Shown here: piece after piece, positions 1-7,544 of the stretch | Numbering within the stretch: the first letter of the stretch is position 1 | Layout of the letters: each line of letters opens with the position of its first letter | Source of the DNA: a virus | Lineage: Duplodnaviria; Caudoviricetes | IMG/VR virus record: IMGVR_UViG_3300032294_001542 | Coordinates: 1-35,762 of that record | Length of the DNA stretch: 35,762 bases | Reading direction: 5' to 3' (one strand) | Program-made: the position numbers and the translations under genes | The notes under the pieces: model-generated | The model's input: only the letters and a program-made list of their open reading frames with translations | Told to the model about the DNA's origin: nothing | The model's database searches: none

Positions 1-281
1 CGCTCTGCCTTCGCTGCGGCAAGTTCGGCTTCGGCCCGTTCGGCACGGCGCTTTTGCAATTCGCGCTCATCTCGCATGGCGATCAGCTCATCTGTTCGCA
101 TATCAACGTGATCCCATGCTTGTGAAGCGCCTGCCTTCGCTGCGGCGAGTTCGGCGGTGAGGGCGTCGATGTAGGCCAAGATGGCGCGAGCGTCGGCAAC
201 TGGGTATATCTCCACGGTGTCGAGGCTCAGTTCCTCGGCCCATCCCAGTTTTTCCCGCAGCCGTTCAATCGCTTCGGTCAT
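1..281 (-). CDS. Hypothetical coiled-coil early protein, truncated by window start (MTEAIERLREKLGW...)
   Basis: ATG at 281 overlaps the TGA of the upstream gene (ATGA); open to window edge; shares AIERL and DARAILA.ID.LTA blocks with 538..861. Confidence 0.75.
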   Translation of the reverse strand, partial: MTEAIERLREKLGWAEELSLDTVEIYPVADARAILAYIDALTAELAAAKAGASQAWDHVDMRTDELIAMRDERELQKRRAERAEAELAAAKAE

Positions 282-541
282 TTCGGCGGCTCCTGTGATC
301 GGATGGCGGCAAAATATCCTCCGGGTGCGTAGTCGCCAGTCTTGGTGAGGCGTTCCCACGCCCAGCACAGATCGAAGCGGGCGTTGGCGAAATTGCCAGC
401 GGCAAGGTTGCGGACAGCATTGCCAAGGTGCTGCGTCACCGTTCGGCGGGCAGCCCGAAGTTCTCCGGCACTGGCGCAATCCCAGCAGCAGCCCATGCGA
501 AGATCGTCATCGGGGTTGTTGCAATATTGGCAAATCGTCAT
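278..541 (-). CDS. Small Cys-rich hypothetical protein (MTICQYCNN...CCWDC)
   Basis: ATG at 541 coupled to upstream stop, RBS CAGGAG; CxxC pairs; ends AAIRSQEPPK. Confidence 0.7.
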   Translation of the reverse strand: MTICQYCNNPDDDLRMGCCWDCASAGELRAARRTVTQHLGNAVRNLAAGNFANARFDLCWAWERLTKTGDYAPGGYFAAIRSQEPPK

Positions 542-861
542 TTCGGCGGCTCCTGTGCTCGAATGGCGGCTGCGGCTTCGCGGTGCCATGTCGCCTTTCG
601 CCGTCTCGCAATGGCCATGTCAGCGCCGATCAGCGCCGGCTCGCCGTCTGGACGAACAATCGGGCTGTCTGCAAGTTCATCGTTCCGTGCGGCTTCTGCA
701 TCGTGCCAGCTAGCCGCCCGTTCCATCGCCAGCGGCCAGAGGCAGGCGGTGAGGCTGTCGATGTGGGCCAAGATGGCGCGGGCGTCGGTCTGTGTGATGT
801 AACCGCCCCCGGTGTCGGGCTTGGCCGCAATCTCCTGCAGCCGTTCAATCGCGTCGTTCAT
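538..861 (-). CDS. Hypothetical mosaic early protein
   Basis: ATGA coupling at both ends; ends AAIRAQEPPK. Confidence 0.75.
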   Translation of the reverse strand: MNDAIERLQEIAAKPDTGGGYITQTDARAILAHIDSLTACLWPLAMERAASWHDAEAARNDELADSPIVRPDGEPALIGADMAIARRRKATWHREAAAAIRAQEPPK

Positions 862-1124
862 TTCGGCGGCTCCTGTGCTCGGATGGCGGCAACCAGCATT
901 TCGTTGGGCAGGCCTTTGAAGTTCTGCGCCAACTTTGCTGCGTGTTCCATCGCCAGCGGCCAGAGGTAGGCGATGGCGGCGTCTGCCATGTCACGGAAAC
1001 CTTCCGCGTCATCATCGCCCCCACCGCTGGTCATGGGGTCTTTCTGAGCGCCCCAATCCAAGCCGGTCGCCTCACAAATCGCCCGCGCCAGCCCTTCACG
1101 CAGTTCAGCAGATAGCGGCGTCAT
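858..1124 (-). CDS. Hypothetical mosaic early protein
   Basis: ATGA coupling; contains ELREGLARA, LWPLAME and AAIRAQEPPK blocks shared with neighbours. Confidence 0.75.
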   Translation of the reverse strand: MTPLSAELREGLARAICEATGLDWGAQKDPMTSGGGDDDAEGFRDMADAAIAYLWPLAMEHAAKLAQNFKGLPNEMLVAAIRAQEPPK

Positions 1125-1348
1125 TTCGGCATCTCCTGTGATCGGATGGCTGCTACTGCCAAACAGTCTCTTTCGCGCACTTGCGCAATGGACGTGTAAT
1201 GTCCAAAGTGGGCGACGTGTTTTCGGTAGCAGTTGCCCGCCGCGTCCCGGTAATAGGTCAGGGTGTAGCCTAAGTCGCCACAGCCGGTGAGCATCACAAT
1301 TGCAGCCACGAGCGCAGCCCGCGCCAGCCCCTCACGCAGTTCAGTCAT
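1121..1348 (-). CDS. Small putative lipoprotein (lipobox-like MLTGC)
   Basis: Hydrophobic stretch AALVAAIVMLTGC; ends AAIRSQEMPK. Confidence 0.6.
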   Translation of the reverse strand: MTELREGLARAALVAAIVMLTGCGDLGYTLTYYRDAAGNCYRKHVAHFGHYTSIAQVRERDCLAVAAIRSQEMPK

Positions 1349-1568
1349 GTTGCTTCTCCAAGATGGCGCGGACTTCGAGGCCGAGCGGGGTCATCACATC
1401 GAACGGCAGCGTGTAGGCGCTGACATCTTCCAGCAAGCCACGCCGAAAAAGCGCACGCCTCACATGAATGCCGCCCCACGCCTCTACGCTGTCAGGTATG
1501 CCAGAAGCAGACAGCACCGCCTCCCGCTGCGCCTTCGTCAGCTTGGCTGCGATCTGTTCCGGCGTCAT
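1341..1568 (-). CDS. Hypothetical protein, possible winged-helix-like (LTKAQREAVL...TPLGLEVRAIL)
   Basis: Coupled to both neighbours; sequence resembles small phage proteins. Confidence 0.7.
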   Translation of the reverse strand: MTPEQIAAKLTKAQREAVLSASGIPDSVEAWGGIHVRRALFRRGLLEDVSAYTLPFDVMTPLGLEVRAILEKQHD

Positions 1569-1801
1569 GGCTGGCGTCCTTCAAGGGCTGCGCGGATTTC
1601 GGCAATGGTCGTCCCTGGCACGGCAGTCCAAACTGCGGCGACCGCTATCGCCTCCCGCAGCCGAGCGTTCTCCGCCTCCAACTCCTTCACCCGCGCATCG
1701 GCTGCGTCGAGAGCGGCCAGTGTTTCAAGGGCGTCTGCTGTGGTCATAGTGGTAGCAAAATTTCGCCGCAGTCGTTCGACTGCTTCTCTGGTTTCAGTCA
1801 T
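1565..1801 (-). CDS. Hypothetical coiled-coil protein (MTETREAVERL...)
   Basis: ATG at 1801 overlaps upstream TGA; heptad pattern ARVKELEAENARLREA. Confidence 0.7.
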   Translation of the reverse strand: MTETREAVERLRRNFATTMTTADALETLAALDAADARVKELEAENARLREAIAVAAVWTAVPGTTIAEIRAALEGRQP

Positions 1802-2097
1802 GGCTGCTCTCCGAGGGCAGCGCGGGCAGTTTGAATTGCACCAATTGCCATCCATCCTTTGTCGCTTTCGTCGCTAGCAAACAGCGCCAGCGCCTCGACA
1901 CACTCACGCAACGCCGCCACCAGTTCCGCCACCCGCGCCTCGGCTTCGGACTGGCCGACTGCGTGACCGGCGTGGTAGGCTTCGGCGCGTTCACTTCTCC
2001 GCGCGTCCAGCACAATCGCCAGCATCATTTCAAACTGATGGCGAGGCAGCCCGCCCATCCAACGTTTCGCCTGTGCCAGTGCGATCAGATCAGTCAT
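1798..2097 (-). CDS. Hypothetical protein (MTDLIALAQ...)
   Basis: RBS GGAGACGACCG before ATG 2097; ends ARAALGEQP, similar to neighbour. Confidence 0.7.
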   Translation of the reverse strand: MTDLIALAQAKRWMGGLPRHQFEMMLAIVLDARRSERAEAYHAGHAVGQSEAEARVAELVAALRECVEALALFASDESDKGWMAIGAIQTARAALGEQP

Positions 2098-2302
2098 CGG
2101 TCGTCTCCATGACAAGAAAGCCTGAAGTTTTCAGGCGAAGCGCGCACGGCGGGCAGTAGCATCCCCATATTTCGCACTCGTATTCACCGATGCCCGGCTC
2201 GTAATCCCGTGCGCGCTGGCCAAGAAACTCGCCCCTGTCGTCACCAAAAACCTCGTGACCACAGGACGCGATGATCCGACCACGAGGCGGATACTCCCAC
2301 AT
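2090..2302 (-). CDS. Small putative Zn-binding protein (CGH...CPPC)
   Basis: ATG at 2302 overlaps upstream TGA; Cys/His motifs. Confidence 0.6.
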   Translation of the reverse strand: MWEYPPRGRIIASCGHEVFGDDRGEFLGQRARDYEPGIGEYECEIWGCYCPPCALRLKTSGFLVMETTDD

Positions 2303-2466
2303 CACACCATCTCCACAAAAGCCCGCACATCGGCAGGCAGGTCGTCCAGCACTGGCAGCGGCGGCTTGCCCAGCGAGGCGCGCACAGCGGCGTTCCACCG
2401 ATCCAGATACCGGGCAGGCGGCGGTGTCACCACGTAACCGTCAGGCATGGTGACGCGCCACGTCAT
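2302..2466 (-). CDS. 54-aa hypothetical protein (MTWRVTMPDGYVV...), not in ORF track
   Basis: Hand-translated; exactly fills the gap with ATGA and TGATG overlaps. Confidence 0.6.
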   Translation of the reverse strand: MTWRVTMPDGYVVTPPPARYLDRWNAAVRASLGKPPLPVLDDLPADVRAFVEMV

Positions 2467-2636
2467 GCGTCCAACCCTTTCACGTCCACCGTCACCAGCG
2501 AATACTGCTTGCTCGCGCCTTGACTGACCAACGTCTTAACAAGCCAGCGCGCGTCCTCTTCGTCGACGAACGCGCGGTCAATCACGCCACCGCTCCTGCC
2601 ATCGTAATAGCGCCACAGGATGAGCCACACGGTCAT
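2463..2636 (-). CDS. Hypothetical protein (MTVWLILWRYY...)
   Basis: RBS GGGAGA and ATGA coupling. Confidence 0.65.
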   Translation of the reverse strand: MTVWLILWRYYDGRSGGVIDRAFVDEEDARWLVKTLVSQGASKQYSLVTVDVKGLDA

Positions 2637-2941
2637 GCGTCGTCTCCCATGATGCGACGGCGTGCCTCTGTCAGAGGGCGCGGACGGTAATACTTGAGTT
2701 CGGTGTAATCCATCTGCCCCACGCACCACTCAACGGCGGCTTTCCACACATGTTCCTCGGGGATCACGTCATGCTTTTGGCGCTGCATCCATTCGGCATA
2801 CGCAGCGCGCCATGGCGGCGCAGTGTCAGCGGCAATCGCAATCCCCGCCGCCTCCCACGCCCGCTGCAACGTCTCCGCGCTCCAGCCGATAGCCGCAGCC
2901 ACCTTCCGAACCTCGCTCATCGTCTTCGTCATCTCAGCCAT
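2633..2941 (-). CDS. Hypothetical protein (MAEMTKTMSEV...)
   Basis: RBS GGAGGGAAGAG before ATG 2941; coupled downstream. Confidence 0.65.
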   Translation of the reverse strand: MAEMTKTMSEVRKVAAAIGWSAETLQRAWEAAGIAIAADTAPPWRAAYAEWMQRQKHDVIPEEHVWKAAVEWCVGQMDYTELKYYRPRPLTEARRRIMGDDA

Positions 2942-3269
2942 TGCTCTTCCCTCCGTTGTGCGCCGTGCGGCGCTTGATGCCATTGGCCCGGGCCTGCCTG
3001 TAGATGGCAGGGCGGCTCTCGCGCAGCGCCGCCGAGAAGCGGCACGTGGAGCCCCAGCCGTGTTCCCGGGCGAGATCCTTGATGGTCATGGTCGTGTCCC
3101 ATTGCCCCACCGCCGGCAGCGTCCGCGCACCGCGCGGGCGGTGCAGGCCGGTCGCCTTGCGCCACGCGCGGACGGTGTCACGGTCGGCGCCTAGCATGGC
3201 CATGAGCTCGTCGTTGCTGTGCTCGAGGGCCAGATCGTGGAAGGCGTCGGGGGCGGCGTCAATCGGCAT
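2934..3269 (-). CDS. Putative helix-turn-helix DNA-binding protein
   Basis: Two HTH-like segments (SNDELMAMLGADRDTVRAWRK; TIKDLAREHGW). Confidence 0.55.
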   Translation of the reverse strand: MPIDAAPDAFHDLALEHSNDELMAMLGADRDTVRAWRKATGLHRPRGARTLPAVGQWDTTMTIKDLAREHGWGSTCRFSAALRESRPAIYRQARANGIKRRTAHNGGKSNG

Positions 3270-3423
3270 GCTGCGCGTCTCTCTGGTGCGCCAGCTGCGT
3301 CTGGTACGACGCCTGCCGCAGCTGCGAGATAAGCCGCTCGGTCATGACGACGGGCGACACGCGCCCGTCGTCGTACTGCCAGAAGAAGCGGCGGTCGCGG
3401 ATGATGGCGCGGCGCTGGCTCAT
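3259..3423 (-). CDS. 54-aa hypothetical protein (MSQRRAIIRDRRFFWQY...), not in ORF track
   Basis: Hand-translated; RBS GAGGTG and ATGA overlap with 3420..3719. Confidence 0.6.
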   Translation of the reverse strand: MSQRRAIIRDRRFFWQYDDGRVSPVVMTERLISQLRQASYQTQLAHQRDAQHAD

Positions 3424-3719
3424 GCTGCACCTCTGGCGCGGGCGATGGCGGCGCGGGCGTTGTCGAACACCGGCCCCTCGTTGTCATATCCCAGCCGTTC
3501 GCCGCGCGCTTCGGCAATGCACGTCATATCCTCCAGCGCCTCCAGCAAGTCAGGCGCTGCCCGCATCTGCCTCGCAAGGTCGCGTAAGTCGTATTCAGGC
3601 TTGTAGCCTCGCGGCAATTCTCGCTTGACGCGCAAACCCCCGATGATCACACCACCAATGCCAAAATCGACACCACCGCAACCGTCGTCGCACATCCAAA
3701 TCTTAGCGCCCATGCTCAC
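3420..3719 (-). CDS. Hypothetical phage protein (AAPDLLEALE...ARAAIARARG family)
   Basis: C-terminal motif common in phage early proteins; GTGA coupling. Confidence 0.75.
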   Translation of the reverse strand: MSMGAKIWMCDDGCGGVDFGIGGVIIGGLRVKRELPRGYKPEYDLRDLARQMRAAPDLLEALEDMTCIAEARGERLGYDNEGPVFDNARAAIARARGAA

Positions 3720-4018
3720 TCTCCCTTCGCTTTCCGCAGCGCGGCGCGGATAGCCCCCAACAGTTCCGGGATGCCCTCCTGCGTGTCGTCATCCTCGAAC
3801 CCGGCGACAAACGCCTCAGCCCGATCCAGCGCGGTCAACATACACGGCGCGGCGGCGATCACGCGGGCGTTAGCCCGCGCTGCATCACTGTTAGGTTCGT
3901 CAACCTCCGACCAAAACCGTGAGTTGCAATGGGTGATCAGACCACCCTTGCCGTTTAAGACTTTAGCGGGATTTTTGGGGTCGATAACCCATGGCCCCGG
4001 TGTGTGCTGCGCGCTCAT
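3716..4018 (-). CDS. Hypothetical phage protein (HTPGPW...ANARVIAAAP family)
   Basis: Widespread phage early-gene motif. Confidence 0.8.
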   Translation of the reverse strand: MSAQHTPGPWVIDPKNPAKVLNGKGGLITHCNSRFWSEVDEPNSDAARANARVIAAAPCMLTALDRAEAFVAGFEDDDTQEGIPELLGAIRAALRKAKGE

Positions 4019-4416
4019 GCCCGCACCTGCTCGCTGGCGCGCACCTTGGCGACGATCTCGGCCGCGATGGCGTCGGTCTTCACGGCGTCGATCTCGTCGT
4101 GCTGCGCGTCGGCGTAGACGCGCTCGACGATCTCCCAGCCCTCGCCGATGACGTACGTGCCGTTGTCGCCGTTGTTCACGTCGAGGTCGCGCACGACGCC
4201 GATGCCGACGGACGACTCGCCGCCGAAGAAGGCGCCGATGGCCTGCGTCAGGCGGGCGAGGCCGTAAGCCGGATCAGCCGCCGGGTCGCGGTAGCCCAGC
4301 TCGCGGGCGGCCTTGAGGAAGCCCTCGATGCTGGCGCGGCCGCCGTTCCCGTGGACGTAGATGCCGACGTTGCTGACGCTGTACGGCGCGGTGGTGATGA
4401 CTGCACGGTTGCCCAT
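4015..4416 (-). CDS. Conserved hypothetical phage protein (MGNRAVIT...DNGTY)
   Basis: Strong RBS AAGGAG; high-GC3 codon pattern. Confidence 0.8.
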   Translation of the reverse strand: MGNRAVITTAPYSVSNVGIYVHGNGGRASIEGFLKAARELGYRDPAADPAYGLARLTQAIGAFFGGESSVGIGVVRDLDVNNGDNGTYVIGEGWEIVERVYADAQHDEIDAVKTDAIAAEIVAKVRASEQVRA

Positions 4417-4464
4417 GGTGTGTGCTCCTTAGCTTGTGGGGCGGCGCCCCGGTTGACGGTGGGG

Positions 4465-4629
4465 TTAGGCGGCTGCGAGCTTGGCGTCGCAGTCAGCCAC
4501 CACGAGGAGATTGACGTTCAGGCACTGCTGCCGAGAGTGCCAAGCGCCGGCGACATGCGCGCCGTCTTTAATTGCCTTGATGTTAGCCATGGCGGCGGCG
4601 CGGCGGGCAAGAAGGCGTTCGGTGGTCAT
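4465..4629 (-). CDS. 54-aa hypothetical protein (MTTERLLARR...), not in ORF track
   Basis: RBS CAGGAG; first gene after promoter cassette A; flanked by 21-bp direct repeats. Confidence 0.65.
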   Translation of the reverse strand: MTTERLLARRAAAMANIKAIKDGAHVAGAWHSRQQCLNVNLLVVADCDAKLAAA

Positions 4630-4645
4630 CGGTCGGTCTCCTGAC

Positions 4646-4735
4646 TGTGGGGCGGCGCCCCGGTTGGTGAAGACAGGTATAGGGCCGCTGGCCCATTAGG
4701 TCAACGGCCCTGTAGCTACATTACGCATTTGTAAT
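4646..4735 (-). promoter_or_regulatory. Early promoter cassette A
   Basis: ATTACAAATGCGTAAT box, 15 nt, TTGACC-17nt-TATACC with GGGCC-N3-GGCCC in the spacer, then GGGGCGCCGCCCC leader hairpin. Confidence 0.8.
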
Positions 4736-4743
4736 CTTGGGCG

Positions 4744-4896
4744 TCAGTTCTGCAGGAACAGGGCCAGCAGACTGAGCGCAATCGAGATCGTGGCGAGCGA
4801 GCGCGCGTCGTTCAGCGCTGTCGGCGCGGAGCCGAACAGGAACAGGACGGCGAGAGCTCCGGTAAGCAGCGCGCCGATGAAGAGGAGCGTGGTCAT
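4744..4896 (-). CDS. 50-aa membrane protein with two hydrophobic helices
   Basis: RBS GGAGGAG; ATGA coupling; MTTLLFIGALL... Confidence 0.65.
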   Translation of the reverse strand: MTTLLFIGALLTGALAVLFLFGSAPTALNDARSLATISIALSLLALFLQN

Positions 4897-5561
4897 CGGT
4901 CGAGCTCCTCCGGCGTCGCAAAGCCGAACATCGGCAGGAAGAAAAACGCCTGCCCGCGCTCGCGCATGACTGCCGCGCCCTGTATTTCGTTGCTTGCCCA
5001 TGCGGCGTCCCGTGCGGCCTCCCATGCGGCGTCCCGTGCGGCATCCCATGCGGCGTCCCATGCGGCGTCCCGTGCGGCATCCCATGCGGCGTCCCATGCG
5101 GCGTCCCGTGCGGCGTCCCGTGCGGCGTCCCGTGCGGCGTCCCGTGCGGCATCCCATGCGGCGGCCCCTGCGGCGTCCCGTGCGGCGGCCCCTGCGGCGG
5201 CCACCTTCCGCCAATCCTCTGCCGTCATGCGGTCGAGATGCCGCCAGAACGCCAAGACGCGCTGCGCCTGATCTCCCAGCACCTTTTCCGGCTCGGTCAG
5301 AACGCACGTAGGCGCACCCGGCACACTGTCATTCACGCGGCGCAACAGCACAGCATGGGCGCGGCTGATGCCCAAAAGCCTCGCCGTCTCGCGGTCAGCC
5401 TCTGCCTGCTCAATGTTGCGTAACGCCTCAGGCGTCATGCCGCCGATGTAGTGCAGCACCTGCCCCTGAGCGCACATACAGCCGTCATTGCTGATTAGTT
5501 CACCCTTGAAGGGAATGTCAGTCGGCCAGCGGGCCAACAGGTCGTCAACAGTCATCGTCAT
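4893..5561 (-). CDS. Hypothetical protein with DAAR/DAAW tetrapeptide repeats
   Basis: RBS GGGAGA; unique N- and C-termini flank 17 repeats. Confidence 0.8.
   Translation of the reverse strand: MTMTVDDLLARWPTDIPFKGELISNDGCMCAQGQVLHYIGGMTPEALRNIEQAEADRETARLLGISRAHAVLLRRVNDSVPGAPTCVLTEPEKVLGDQAQRVLAFWRHLDRMTAEDWRKVAAAGAAARDAAGAAAWDAARDAARDAARDAARDAAWDAAWDAARDAAWDAAWDAARDAAWEAARDAAWASNEIQGAAVMRERGQAFFFLPMFGFATPEELDR
4998..5201 (-). repeat. Tandem 12-bp repeat, 17 units
   Basis: Unit GA(C/T)GCCGCA(C/T)GG and variants, head-to-tail without spacers. Confidence 0.95.
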
Positions 5562-5574
5562 CGGTCGTCTCCCT

Positions 5575-5940
5575 TCAAGTGAAAAGCCATGCAGCCAGCG
5601 CCCAGACGAGCCAAAGCATGCCGACGGTCACGGGCGCGGCGAAAAAACCGAGGAACGCGCCGATGTCCCTGTCGTAGCGGTTGAGCGCGGCCCCCAGAAC
5701 GGCGCCCAACACCGCGCTGCCGATCAGCACGCCGGCGCCGAGCTTCAGGTTGGCCTCGTCTTCAGGCGTGCGTACCGGCTCCACGCGCTGTACGCACTCC
5801 GCATACAGCTGGCGTTGCGCGGGGGTGGACCCGGCACTGTTGAAAGTCGCAAGCAGGGCGGTGCAAGCCTCGTCCTGCGCCCGGCTGCTCTGGGCCGCCG
5901 CCGCGATTGAGACTGCTGTGATAGCCACGCTGGTGCTCAC
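5575..5940 (-). CDS. Putative membrane protein
   Basis: GTG start with RBS; two C-terminal hydrophobic helices. Confidence 0.7.
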   Translation of the reverse strand: MSTSVAITAVSIAAAAQSSRAQDEACTALLATFNSAGSTPAQRQLYAECVQRVEPVRTPEDEANLKLGAGVLIGSAVLGAVLGAALNRYDRDIGAFLGFFAAPVTVGMLWLVWALAAWLFT

Positions 5941-6188
5941 TGGTCGTCTCCCTTCAGCAGTTCGGCCAGCAGCTCGTTGTCGCTAAGCCGGGCCAGCACG
6001 TCCTCCAGCGTCTCCGCCGGGTCGGTGATGCCGTACAGCAGCCAGTTGGTGTTAGCCCGGCCGCCGGCGCGGTCGGCCTCCTGCGCGGTGGCAAAGCCGC
6101 CCACGCGGTGCAGGATCTCGCTGTCGCTCCACAGCTCGTATGCGAACTTGCCGGGTGCCTCTGCGTCCTTGCCTGTCGTCCAGCCCAT
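5937..6188 (-). CDS. Hypothetical protein (MGWTTGKDAEAPG...)
   Basis: RBS GGAGA; first gene after promoter cassette B. Confidence 0.7.
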   Translation of the reverse strand: MGWTTGKDAEAPGKFAYELWSDSEILHRVGGFATAQEADRAGGRANTNWLLYGITDPAETLEDVLARLSDNELLAELLKGDDQ

Positions 6189-6205
6189 GTCAGTGTCTCC
6201 GTGTC

Positions 6206-6295
6206 GTGGGGCAGCGCCCCGTTGCTGATGCACCATGCTTAGGGCCGGCGGCCCAACAGGTAAACGGTCATTTCGGCACATTACGCATTTGTAAT
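6206..6295 (-). promoter_or_regulatory. Early promoter cassette B
   Basis: ATTACAAATGCGTAAT, 15 nt, TTTACC-17nt-TAAGCA with GGGCC-GCC-GGCCC, then GGGGCGCTGCCCC hairpin. Confidence 0.7.
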
Positions 6296-6634
6296 GTTGG
6301 AGCTCTGCTGCTCGGCCTCGCGCTCGAGGCGGCGCAGCAGCTCGCGAGCCTCGCGCACCGCCTGAACGGCCCGGTCGCGCTGGGCCACTGCAGCCAGCCA
6401 GTGCTGGCGCGCCTGCTCCGGCGTGGTGATGGCGAGGTGCGGCGAGTCGAGCTCGGCGAAGTCGCGGCCGTGCTTGCGCAGGTAGTCGCGCAGGGCGTCG
6501 AGCGAGCGCCGGCCGAAGCCGGGGATGCCGAGCAGCTTGCCCGGCGACAGCCGGGCAAGTGCTTCGAGGTCGGTCGGGTCGATGCCGCGCTTCCGCAGAC
6601 AGCGGTCGACGCGGGGGTTGAGCTCGGCGGTCAC
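6281..6634 (-). CDS. Stand-alone RNA polymerase alpha-subunit C-terminal-domain-like protein with coiled-coil tail
   Basis: LNPRVDRCLRKRGI..LEALARLSPGKLLGIPGFGRRSLDALRDYL matches the RpoA CTD pattern (L..R..NCL...I...DL......LL..PNLG.KSL.EI). Confidence 0.7.
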   Translation of the reverse strand: MTAELNPRVDRCLRKRGIDPTDLEALARLSPGKLLGIPGFGRRSLDALRDYLRKHGRDFAELDSPHLAITTPEQARQHWLAAVAQRDRAVQAVREARELLRRLEREAEQQSSNITNA

Positions 6635-6813
6635 TCGCTGATGATGCCTTGGGCGATCAGATCCTGCGCGGTGCGCCCGAACCAGCCCTGCAGCCTATAG
6701 GCCAGACCGGTGTCGTGCAGCGTCTGCCACGCGTCGATGATCTGCTGCTCGTCGTCCGCTTCGATGAAGCCCTCGGCCAAGCCGACGGCGGTGAAGGTGT
6801 CCATGATGGTCAT
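6631..6813 (-). CDS. Conserved small phage protein (WQ.L.DTGLA..LQGWFGRTA..LI..G)
   Basis: Recognisable conserved phage motif; RBS AAGGAG. Confidence 0.8.
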   Translation of the reverse strand: MTIMDTFTAVGLAEGFIEADDEQQIIDAWQTLHDTGLAYRLQGWFGRTAQDLIAQGIISE

Positions 6814-6841
6814 TGCTCAGTGCTCCTTGTCTGGCGGGCGG

Positions 6842-7096
6842 TCAGCCCAACTGATTCTTGATCGCGAGGGCTTCGTAAAACAGGTCGTCCTGCATCTCCG
6901 CGAGCAGGCCGATGCGCCGGTACATCTCGGTGCGGTCGGCGACGCACAGATCGTTGTCACCCGGATAGTCCCGGCCGTTCGGCATCACAGCGCGCAGGGC
7001 GTCGATGGCCTGCTGCAGGTGGCGCCGCGCGATGGCGCGGCCCTCTATTAGGTCATTAGCGCTGCTGCCGTTGATGTTGAGGGTGGGCGAGATCAT
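6842..7096 (-). CDS. Hypothetical phage protein (P.LNINGSS...PNGRDYP)
   Basis: Leader GGAGCAACGCAC before ATG 7096. Confidence 0.75.
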   Translation of the reverse strand: MISPTLNINGSSANDLIEGRAIARRHLQQAIDALRAVMPNGRDYPGDNDLCVADRTEMYRRIGLLAEMQDDLFYEALAIKNQLG

Positions 7097-7113
7097 GTGC
7101 GTTGCTCCTCTGC

Positions 7114-7284
7114 TCAGAAGTTCCACGGGGTGGCACCGCGCTCAGTGGCGATGCGGCGGGCGTCGCGCTTGTCGGCGGCGACGATGGTCTCGACCTTAGT
7201 GGTGCGGCCGTCCGGGCCGATGTGGTGCAGGTCGAGCTCGCTGCGTCCCTTGACGCGGTAGTAGCAGGCGCGGATCGGGGTCAT
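7114..7284 (-). CDS. 56-aa hypothetical protein (MTPIRACYY...GATPWNF), not in ORF track
   Basis: Hand-translated; same 16-nt leader as neighbours. Confidence 0.7.
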   Translation of the reverse strand: MTPIRACYYRVKGRSELDLHHIGPDGRTTKVETIVAADKRDARRIATERGATPWNF

Positions 7285-7310
7285 GTGCGTTGCTCCTTGT
7301 TCGAGGATGA

Positions 7311-7544
7311 TTAGGCGACGGTCCAGCCGTACGAGGACAGCCCGAGCCAGCCAGCGTACCGGGAGAGCCAGTTGTAGCGCCAGATGGCCTGCGTCTTGCG
7401 CTCAACGTTGAAGATGTAGTGGTGCCCGTCGCGGCCGACAGCCCAGACGCGGAACGGCGAGCCGCGCACGGCGCCCCAGACGTTCGCCACCGGACAGGCG
7501 CTGGCGTAGAAGGTGGCGATGATGTTTTCGCGATCAGTGGTCAT
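7311..7544 (-). CDS. Hypothetical protein, first gene of the leftward early unit
   Basis: Same 16-nt leader; directly downstream of promoter C. Confidence 0.7.
   Translation of the reverse strand: MTTDRENIIATFYASACPVANVWGAVRGSPFRVWAVGRDGHHYIFNVERKTQAIWRYNWLSRYAGWLGLSSYGWTVA

Larger units (their letters stand above)
278..1153 (-). repeat. Four ~33-bp direct repeats at gene junctions (278-310, 538-570, 858-890, 1121-1153)
   Basis: Consensus GCCGCCATCCGA(T/G)CACAGGAGCCGCCGAAATGA on the minus strand; contains RBS plus overlapping stop/start. Confidence 0.95.

Noticed and set aside
278-1153. CRISPR array from the 33-bp repeats
   Set aside because: Intervening segments are about 230-290 bp protein-coding sequences and the repeat is itself coding plus RBS
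4998-5201. CRISPR-like repeat array
   Set aside because: Units are 12-bp head-to-tail with no spacers, lie inside a CDS, and no cas genes are present
4721-5307. Alternative-frame ORFs with PHGT or GRRT repeats
   Set aside because: By-products of a stop-free 12-bp repeat; only the DAAR frame has an RBS and coherent flanks
6265-6277. GCCGAAATGACCG matching the end of the QEPPK repeat
   Set aside because: Only 13 nt, lacks the RBS part and lies inside promoter B; probably chance
7126-7140. Possible extra copy of the GGGGCGCCGCCCC leader hairpin
   Set aside because: Poor match, and it is coding sequence (RGATPW) of the 56-aa gene
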